Shown in pieces: positions 56,737 to 64,000 of a stretch of DNA of 64,000 nucleotides. The notes under the pieces are model-generated. The model searched no databases, was not told the DNA's origin, and saw nothing but the letters and a program-made list of their open reading frames with translations. The stretch is from a virus. Position 1 is the first letter of the stretch; the number at the start of each line of letters is the position of its first letter. The position numbers and the translations under genes are program-made. The DNA lies in the IMG/VR virus record IMGVR_UViG_3300000228_000004, positions 1 to 64,000 of that record. The stretch is one strand, 5' to 3'.

Positions 56737-56945
56737 TATATAAATTTAATCACTTTTTATAGTGATACCTCTGCTTTTTCGTGTATACCTGCCTCTTTAA
56801 GCCTTTTAACCACTAACTTCTTTCACCGTTTTTATATCTATCGTGTTAGATATATCAGGGTATATAGCGAACACGCCATACCATACCCAAAGTACTGTTT
56901 GGATAAATGGTATTCAGGCAAATTCACGATTTCAATAATTTCATA

Positions 56946-57074
56946 TTAAACGCCGAATTTTGCCCTAAAATCATTTAACATTTCAAGTAAGTCTTCTACT
57001 TGAAATTGATTCAACCATTCTCTAGTCAATCCGAACTCATTTGCTAATGTATTCACTACTTGTGATTTTGCCAT
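56946..57074 (-). CDS. 42-aa early peptide MAKSQVVNTLANEFGLTREWLNQF...
   Basis: Open frame directly after a promoter-RBS cassette. Confidence 0.55.
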   Translation of the reverse strand: MAKSQVVNTLANEFGLTREWLNQFQVEDLLEMLNDFRAKFGV

Positions 57075-57106
57075 TTTAGACCCTTTATGTTTAATTGTTA
57101 TAATAT

Positions 57107-57141
57107 ATTATACCGCAAGTTAGCTTAAAGTAAGGTTAAAC
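57107..57141 (-). promoter_or_regulatory. Conserved early promoter containing the stop codon of the middle PolB piece
   Basis: GTTTAACCTTACTTTAAGCTAACTTGCGGTATAAT. Confidence 0.8.
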
Positions 57142-58401
57142 AGTCTTCAATTTAGCTTGTAATGCTTTATACATTAACATTTTTCTCTTTACTTCTTTCC
57201 TAGTAGAATAAATGTTCCCTACTATTTCGGGTATTATACCCTCATTGTCACGCCTAAAGAAAGCATTCATGCCAAAAGCAACATCATATTTATGCGTAAC
57301 TTCTCTAATTTCAGCAAGGCTATCAGGATTAAGGTACACTTCTTCATGCTCGTGTGTGTGATACTTAGCTCGTAAATTTTTCAATTCTTGAGGCAACTCA
57401 TATTCATTTATATATGTTTCTGGTGACATATTAAAAGCGCGCATACCAAGTAACGGGTACATTGAGTTGACGTCGACTGAAACCAACCAATTATGTTTAC
57501 CCTTTTGTGGTTGTCGAACATAACCACCAATAATTGTTTTATCTAGGCGGCTATGTCTGTCGAACGGCATTACAAGTCCCTCTTTCATAGCAAGGTTAGT
57601 CAGATATTGCCCCCAAGGTTTAACAGTGCCGAAGGAGTCATCCATATTAATACCCATCATTGAAGATAAAATTTTCATAAGCTCTATTAACTTCAGTTTA
57701 TCCTCTAGTTTTTTCAGGAGCAAAACATCTTGTATAGAATATTCTATGAATAAGTCTTTATCCCCGTGATAGAAATCTACTATATCATCAAACTTCCCAT
57801 AGTCAACCTTACCCTCACCAACACCAAGTTCCACTTTAACGATGTTGTCCAATGCGTATGACACTTGTGGCTTAGTTACGAACTTTTTGTATGCTTTCAT
57901 CATATCGATTAGATAAATTCCTTCCCAGTCATAGTTCATCCCTTCCATCGTTTTTATCTCTTTAACTTTATTAATTGGGGATAATCTTCTATAATTCACC
58001 CCGTCCAATTTCATTGCTCTGTTAGTGATATATGGGAAGTCGAATGAATCACCATTCCAAGCAGTTATAACCGTCGGTTTTAAATTTTCAAGTAATTTAA
58101 TAAAATCTTTAAAAAGTTCTTTTTCATCATAGTAGTGTTTGAATATCAAATTATCATATTTCTTAAATTTGGTTTCGTCGACCATTTTGTCTAAACTTAG
58201 AATTATTATCTTGTTGCTATAACTGTCGTATATCTGTATTTGTGAAACTGTCTTTTCAGCAAGCTGAGGATCTGGGAATGACTTATCTGCGTAATAACAT
58301 GAATTTTTAAATAAAACCCATTCATTCAATTCTTCATCGAATACTTCATAGTCAGTATAATCTTCAGCAAGAATCTCCGACATTTTCATTATTTTTTCCA
58401 T
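57136..58401 (-). CDS. gp43: Family B DNA polymerase, middle piece (ExoII/III, motif A, first fingers helix)
   Basis: FPDP, AWNGDSFDFPYI, SYALD, YSIQDV, GGYV, SVDVNSMYP, NMSPET, RK..K. Confidence 0.92.
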   Translation of the reverse strand: MEKIMKMSEILAEDYTDYEVFDEELNEWVLFKNSCYYADKSFPDPQLAEKTVSQIQIYDSYSNKIIILSLDKMVDETKFKKYDNLIFKHYYDEKELFKDFIKLLENLKPTVITAWNGDSFDFPYITNRAMKLDGVNYRRLSPINKVKEIKTMEGMNYDWEGIYLIDMMKAYKKFVTKPQVSYALDNIVKVELGVGEGKVDYGKFDDIVDFYHGDKDLFIEYSIQDVLLLKKLEDKLKLIELMKILSSMMGINMDDSFGTVKPWGQYLTNLAMKEGLVMPFDRHSRLDKTIIGGYVRQPQKGKHNWLVSVDVNSMYPLLGMRAFNMSPETYINEYELPQELKNLRAKYHTHEHEEVYLNPDSLAEIREVTHKYDVAFGMNAFFRRDNEGIIPEIVGNIYSTRKEVKRKMLMYKALQAKLKTV

Positions 58402-59058
58402 CTTTCATTTCCTCCATTAATTTTCTTTCAGAATGTTTCTTTTTTACTGCTTCAGATATTCTTTTCCTTTGTTCAGGGGTTCCTTTTCTTATCAGAATTA
58501 CTTTCGACAATATTTTTATACCTTTTGTCTCTTTCTTCCTTTTGGGCGTCCGTGAGGTTTTCCGTATATACATATACTGAATCTGATCGTCGCCTAATCG
58601 TTTCCTCTGAAGCCTTCGTACCTCTTCTTTTCTCAATCATTTTTTCTACGCGTTCTTCTAATTGCTCTTTAGAAAGGGATTCGATATATTTTTTCTGTGC
58701 TTTTGAATTTACACTTCTTCGCCAACTACTCTTATTCATCTCCGAAAGAAATTTCCCTTGTTCTTTAGCCCAAGTTTCTCTTATCAACGCAAAATCTCTA
58801 TTATTAGTAACATACCTATTCTGATTTTCACTTTGCATTAACACACAATTCAATAAGTATTCCTCTTTCATTCGTGTAAATTTTCACTAATGACTTATGA
58901 GCTATAAAATGTTCTCTAGCAGTTAAGTAAACTAAGTTTGAATTTTCGTTATCACCGCCCATACAAGATGGAACAATATGATGAACTTCACCATACCCTT
59001 CAAAACAAATTTCTCTTCTCTTTTTAACCAATTCTTGGTAAATTTTCAAATAATCCAT
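58364..59058 (-). pseudogene. MobE-like HNH homing endonuclease with two frameshifts, between PolB pieces
   Basis: Y.KIY..L...EVHHIVP.C.GG.....NLV.LTAREHFIAH..L.KIY, continued in two other frames. Confidence 0.75.
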
Positions 59059-59098
59059 AAATACTCCTTTTAAGTAATTAATGCTCGATATCTAAAAA

Positions 59099-59512
59099 CT
59101 AACTTTTCACCCTAACTCGTATTTCATAGTCTCTTCCGTACTTATTTTCTTCAACAGTTTCTATATCGAAAAACCATATTCGCATATCGTTGTTTTTTCC
59201 ATTATTGAAAAAATTATCTCTTATGTGTTTGTACTCTGGTCTCTGTCCGCCGTATAGTTCTTTACCGAGTGAATCCATCAACCCCTTAAACTCTTTTTCT
59301 TCTTTTGAAGAAGTAAATTCCCTTTTAGACAATTTCACGGATGGGTCTAGTATATATGAAAATTCACCATTTTTATTTTTTTCAAAGTATTCGTATTTTG
59401 GTGATATTTCTTCTATTCTTACTTGGTTCGTGTCAGTGTTCCTTGTTCTGCAAAAGTATTTAAAATCACTTTTCCATACTTTTTCATATTGTTCATTTTC
59501 GTAATCTCTCAT
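59099..59512 (-). CDS. gp43: Family B DNA polymerase, N-terminal piece (N-domain + ExoI)
   Basis: Ends Y.HIRDNF...MRIWFFDIET; FPDP, which normally follows, is in the next piece. Confidence 0.8.
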   Translation of the reverse strand: MRDYENEQYEKVWKSDFKYFCRTRNTDTNQVRIEEISPKYEYFEKNKNGEFSYILDPSVKLSKREFTSSKEEKEFKGLMDSLGKELYGGQRPEYKHIRDNFFNNGKNNDMRIWFFDIETVEENKYGRDYEIRVRVKS

Positions 59513-59781
59513 TATATACCACCGAATAGTTTTCTTAATATGATCTGATAATTCCTTCCCTTTCTAGTACTATAATCTATCGCAGTGACGACCACCATAG
59601 AATAAGGGACTGAAAGGTTTGGATGTGATATCCAAGAGCTATATAATTCACCCAAACCAAATTTTATAGAAGCATCTTTTATTTGTGAAAGATAAAAATT
59701 TATTTTTCTAAAATTAAACATAACAAATAACCAGCCCATCCTAGAAGAAATTTTCCTAAAAAACATTATTTTCTCTTTCAT
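59512..59781 (-). CDS. Hypothetical protein
   Basis: Between the helicase and polB, with coupled ends. Confidence 0.45.
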   Translation of the reverse strand: MKEKIMFFRKISSRMGWLFVMFNFRKINFYLSQIKDASIKFGLGELYSSWISHPNLSVPYSMVVVTAIDYSTRKGRNYQIILRKLFGGI

Positions 59782-59788
59782 ACTAATC

Positions 59789-61147
59789 CTAATTGAAATT
59801 TATTACTGAAGTATCCATATCTCGTTCAGTCGCTTTTTGTAAAACATGTGTATTCGCTTTCGCCACTTGTTGCTCGACACCATCTTCATCAAGGTCACTG
59901 AACCTGACAGTAGAAAAATCCGTTTCAACTAAATGCGATGAAAGCATACCTGTGTTCCTATTCTTTAAGAACTTAATTAGGCTTTGATTCATTTCCCTTA
60001 ATTGTGGGTTAGAAAGTAACGCGATTACATTGTCAGCGGTCTGTATAACACCAAGTGAGTCAGCGATAGAGTCCAACCCTGACTCTAAGTTATCAAAACT
60101 CCCTCTGTTTAACTGGGCAGCAGTTAGTGCGATTATATCCTCTTTCTTGCTAAAACCATGTAATTCTTCCGCGATAGACTTGTAATAGGCATACCCACCA
60201 GCCGTACCTAAAGAAACCCTTGTTGACGCCATTAAGCCTATGTAATCAATACATATTAAGTCTGGCGTGAAACCATCCTTTGACTTCAATTCATTTAAAA
60301 GTGCTTTTAATGTCAATGTACTGAAAGTACCAGATGGAAAATCCTTAATGACCAAATTCCCAGCTATTTCTGAAATGGATTTCATCCTACTTTCAAATTC
60401 TTTTCTATCTAATTTACCCAAATCGTTAGCAGGGTGGTTCAAAAGATTAGCGTCTATCCTTCTAGCGATTTCCATATCAGTCATTTCCAGTGAAATGAAT
60501 AAAACATTCTTCCCAGATAAGTAAGCCGAACTTGCCGCCGACATAAGGATCGCACTTTTACCGCCGTGTGAAGGTGCTACGATTAAATTCAATGTTTTAG
60601 ACCTCAACCCACTACCAAGTGCCAAATCTACCGACGGGAGCCCGATACTAAGCCCAGATATTCTTTGAGTATAGTAATCATATCTTTCTAGTGTGGCTTT
60701 TTCTTCCTTGTATTTCATCCCTATATCATAGTCAAATGAAATACTCAGTGCTTTCTCTATCATACCAATAATAGGTTCGAATGGCTGGTCATTTTCTATT
60801 AAATCGGCTGATTTAAAAATTGCTTCAGATAATTCTTCTTTTTGGATATATTTTTCAGTTTGGTCAATTAAAAATTCTTTATTTTCAACAGATGGTTCAA
60901 GAATAACTTCTTTGAATTGCCCAATAACTTTAAGTTTGATATTCTCACTCACCTCACCTGAATTTTTAATAAAAATACCAAGTTCTTTAGGGTTTGGGGT
61001 AGCATCGTATTCTTTGTTATATTGTACTAGAGCCTTAAATATCTCAGAATTTTCTAAGTTCGAAAAATGTGAACTCTTTAAGTGCGGGAAAACCTTTGCG
61101 AAATATTCTGGGTCAACTATCAAATTTTTCAGTATTACACTTTCCAC
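59789..61147 (-). CDS. gp41: Replicative DnaB-like helicase
   Basis: APSHGGKS, ISLEM, RRIDAN, IDYIGLM, AEEL, AAQLNR, ADS, KNR. Confidence 0.92.
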   Translation of the reverse strand: MESVILKNLIVDPEYFAKVFPHLKSSHFSNLENSEIFKALVQYNKEYDATPNPKELGIFIKNSGEVSENIKLKVIGQFKEVILEPSVENKEFLIDQTEKYIQKEELSEAIFKSADLIENDQPFEPIIGMIEKALSISFDYDIGMKYKEEKATLERYDYYTQRISGLSIGLPSVDLALGSGLRSKTLNLIVAPSHGGKSAILMSAASSAYLSGKNVLFISLEMTDMEIARRIDANLLNHPANDLGKLDRKEFESRMKSISEIAGNLVIKDFPSGTFSTLTLKALLNELKSKDGFTPDLICIDYIGLMASTRVSLGTAGGYAYYKSIAEELHGFSKKEDIIALTAAQLNRGSFDNLESGLDSIADSLGVIQTADNVIALLSNPQLREMNQSLIKFLKNRNTGMLSSHLVETDFSTVRFSDLDEDGVEQQVAKANTHVLQKATERDMDTSVINFN

Positions 61148-61269
61148 ATCAATCCTTTTATTACAACGCGATGTATATTATTTTCACATGCGCGTTACCA
61201 CCCATAACGGGGGTGTTTGTTTTGGTTATTATACCACATTAATATAAAATCAAACTTAATCAACCTTTG

Positions 61270-62080
61270 CTAAAACCACTCAGAAACTAACTCTAAATTT
61301 TCACTGAAAAATAAACATTCCAAATTTCCATTTTTTTGTTTGTTGGTTGAAGGAGCAGTTGAATTCATTTCCCTTATTTTTTCGAATTTTAAATCACCAT
61401 TTATATTGTTCAGTATATCTGTATAAACATAATCAAAATCCCCTTTTTTTAAAAAGTCAATGAATTCGCGTAAATCGTTTTCAGAAAACCCACTATAAGA
61501 TGAAGCTTGTGAAAAATAAGGGGATCTAAAAAATACAGCGCATCGGTGTTCCCCATCAGGGTTTTATATGATAGATTAGTAATCTTTGTCTTTCTTAATA
61601 CATCTTTCACTGAATTGAAATCCGTTTCATTTAAAGTGTAAAATCTACCCCCGAAGCTTTGATTCATACCGTTTGGTCCAAATCTTAAAAATGAATTAAT
61701 ACAAGAATTTGTTAAAAAATGTAGATATACCCCTTCCTCTTCTACCCCAGTCTTCCAGAAATTTTGATTGAACCAATCCCTGAAAGCATAATAAGAATTT
61801 TTGTCTTCTTTTATATATCCCCAAATTTCTCTAGTACGAACCGTTGTTCTTGGGTATATTCTTTGAAATTTATTATTTTAAATGTTTCGTACATTCTATA
61901 TATATTTTCGTCTAAATCATTTACCGAATATTCATCAAATGATTTATCCAAATTAAACAAAACCGCACCTGAACCGACGAAAGGTTCTATATAAATTTCC
62001 TTTTTCGTATTATTGATGTATTCATTTATGATACCGACAAACTTAGATTTACTGCCGGAATACCTAAAAAATTTTAACAT
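61270..62080 (-). pseudogene. dam: DNA adenine methyltransferase (Dam/D12 class) with two frameshifts
   Basis: FRYSGSK, EPFVGSGAV, ND; a +2 shift near 61815 and a -1 shift near 61522 that breaks DPPY; the reconstructed protein ends LVSEWF. Confidence 0.8.
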
Positions 62081-62095
62081 TTTTTGTCCTTGTTA

Positions 62096-63076
62096 TTAAA
62101 ACGGGGTGTTTATGTGGTCTTCAATAATTTCAATGATCCCCTCTATTATACCCAAGTGGTCATCCCTCAACATATTATCATCAATAGTAATACCGAAAGC
62201 ATGATCATGTCCACCACTTGATATTACCATCGGGTTTTGTCTCACATACCACAGGATAGTATCTTTCAATTGCTTAGCGTCGGTGTTATCTACCCTATGT
62301 GAAAATCGTATAGAAATATTCTTACCTTTTGTCTCATAAGGTAAAACATAATAATCGAAATCTGGGTAGTCATTTTGCCAAAATGACTTATGTTTATCAC
62401 AAAAAGCAAGTAAAATAGAATTTTCTTCGTCAAACACCGCTATATTGTTTTCTATAAGTGATTTGAAATACCTATCTTTATCTTCCAAAATTTTAACATA
62501 TATATCTTTGAACATTTTAGGTATTTTATATTGGTTTCTTATGATGTTTGATTTGAATGCCGAAAGCTTCAATTCCCAGAATACTGAATTTAAAAACCAA
62601 CCTATTTTGAAATTAGTTGGGTCTTCAAACTCTTTGTATATATCAAATGCATTAATAAACCCAACCAACTTTCCTAAATCTTCATTTACTGAGTGCGTAA
62701 ATTCATAAGTCAATAGGGTAGCTGACTTCCCTATCTCGTGCTTACAGTAAACATTAGGGAAACTCGCCAATTCATTAAATGTTTCTAATACATCACCCTC
62801 ATATGGGTGATGGTCTATGAATATAATTTTAATATGTGGGTGCCCTTCCGCTACTCTCATCAATTCTAGAAAAGCATCTTTATCGAAACTTAAATCAGTC
62901 ACGAATAGGGTTTTAGTTAAATGATTGATGTCCAAGTCTATTGATTTCAGTGTATCTGTTACTGACCCATACGATACATGAAAGGTATCCATATCCCCGA
63001 ATTTTTCTCTTAGTACTATGTTCGACCCAGCGCCATCAAGATCATTATGCGTCAAGTTAATTCTTTCTTTCATCAA
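62096..63076 (-). CDS. DHH-family phosphoesterase
   Basis: THNDLDGAGS, VTDL, IDHH, GGH..AFG. Confidence 0.85.
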   Translation of the reverse strand: MMKERINLTHNDLDGAGSNIVLREKFGDMDTFHVSYGSVTDTLKSIDLDINHLTKTLFVTDLSFDKDAFLELMRVAEGHPHIKIIFIDHHPYEGDVLETFNELASFPNVYCKHEIGKSATLLTYEFTHSVNEDLGKLVGFINAFDIYKEFEDPTNFKIGWFLNSVFWELKLSAFKSNIIRNQYKIPKMFKDIYVKILEDKDRYFKSLIENNIAVFDEENSILLAFCDKHKSFWQNDYPDFDYYVLPYETKGKNISIRFSHRVDNTDAKQLKDTILWYVRQNPMVISSGGHDHAFGITIDDNMLRDDHLGIIEGIIEIIEDHINTPF

Positions 63077-63510
63077 ACTTTACCCTTTGAATATTTTTTG
63101 TTAATTCTTTCTATTTCGATTTCAGGCATCATTTCTATATATTCTAACGCAGTACTTTCATTACACCTATAATATCTCATTACATTATCGATGGAACCGC
63201 TTTCGAATTTTTTCTTCCCTTTTTCAAACGGTATAAAACTTTTCGAGACCATGTTTCGTATTATATCCCATTGCTTATCAACTGGTATAGTTTTAGTCGT
63301 GAACATCAAAGCAAAATCTAAAGTATTCTCGAATCTAGCCAATAATTTATGAAACATAAATTCACTTATTTTCTCTTTTTCTTTTTGGGGGGGTTTTATT
63401 TTTTTATCAATACTAGCATTCATTACGCTCCACATAGAAGTTTCTTTTGGCGGCATATACTCTGGTATACTGGTTTCAGTATGGGTTATACCCCATTCAT
63501 CAGCCAACAT
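63073..63510 (-). CDS. gp62: Clamp loader small subunit (gp62-like)
   Basis: FM....L, QW......K.F....K, VMRYY.CN...A.EY pattern; replication cluster context. Confidence 0.65.
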   Translation of the reverse strand: MLADEWGITHTETSIPEYMPPKETSMWSVMNASIDKKIKPPQKEKEKISEFMFHKLLARFENTLDFALMFTTKTIPVDKQWDIIRNMVSKSFIPFEKGKKKFESGSIDNVMRYYRCNESTALEYIEMMPEIEIERINKKYSKGKV

Positions 63511-63895
63511 CCGATACCTCAGATGTTCGTTTTGAATTAGCGGAAACTGGGGCTACTGGGTCAGGCGTTTCCTGACCTTTACCCTCACGCGGAATTCCTT
63601 TCTTTTTCATTAGGTCGTGAACACCTAGATTGGCTTCTTCACCAAATATGTCATAGTAATAAGAAATCGCGTCATTGATATTAGAGCTATGAAATTTATA
63701 AGACTCTTGTGCTTTTTCAACGATACTCTTGAGGTTTTCATCTTCTGGGGTTTTATCCAGGACACCAGCCATATGTGAGTGAACAGACATTGCTTGTGAC
63801 GCAAGGTGTGAATTTGACAAGGTACTGAAAACTAAATCTAACCTCACTGTAATTTCTTCTAATTTTTTTCTTAACTCTTTCATTTCATTTTCCAT
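63500..63895 (-). CDS. Hypothetical protein
   Basis: AAGGGA RBS; coiled-coil-like N-terminus. Confidence 0.55.
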   Translation of the reverse strand: MENEMKELRKKLEEITVRLDLVFSTLSNSHLASQAMSVHSHMAGVLDKTPEDENLKSIVEKAQESYKFHSSNINDAISYYYDIFGEEANLGVHDLMKKKGIPREGKGQETPDPVAPVSANSKRTSEVSDVG

Positions 63896-64000
63896 TTCAT
63901 TCCCTTAAAATTGTTGATATTATTACAACATAAGACCATATGTAGCTACATATGGTCGATCTCTCCCAATCCTCTGCATATGACTCCAAAGTACATTGTA

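Noticed and set aside
58364-59098. Group I intron joining PolB pieces 1 and 2
   Set aside because: Only about 40 nt of non-coding sequence on one side and an overlap on the other, leaving no room for a ribozyme core. RT-PCR would settle it.
2210-63540. Numerous plus-strand ORFs in the track
   Set aside because: They lie antisense to minus-strand genes, are Ser/Phe/Ile-rich mirror translations and show no recognisable motifs.

Overview
This window is part of a large, AT-rich T4-like phage genome, and essentially all real genes are on the minus strand. A Campylobacterota host is likely, inferred from repeated TTTAAG-N-TATAAT promoters, Hef-type endonucleases and a dimeric dUTPase. It holds the replication/recombination core (topoisomerase II, origin-binding helicase, primase, RNase H, SSB, sliding clamp, UvsW/UvsY, gp41 helicase, clamp-loader subunit, PolB), RNA repair enzymes, an NAD salvage module and one atypical tRNA. 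Main points: (1) a thymidine (5-hmdU) hypermodification cluster at about 40.7-52.4 kb, including a PLP-enzyme/kinase fusion and a 2OG-Fe(II) oxygenase; (2) several of those enzymes end in the same [D/E/S/T]-E-W-[F/L/V] tail as DNA polymerase and RNase H, suggesting they are tethered to the sliding clamp; (3) extensive genes-in-pieces: three split inteins (an AAA+ ATPase with a 13-residue IntN, terminase with an orphan 28-residue IntN, and UvsW) and a PolB in three pieces; (4) late proteins sharing an MLKEILE-type N-terminus, a probable capsid-targeting signal; (5) a dispersed promoter-RBS cassette marking accessory modules. All product calls come from motif recognition by eye; no database search was run.
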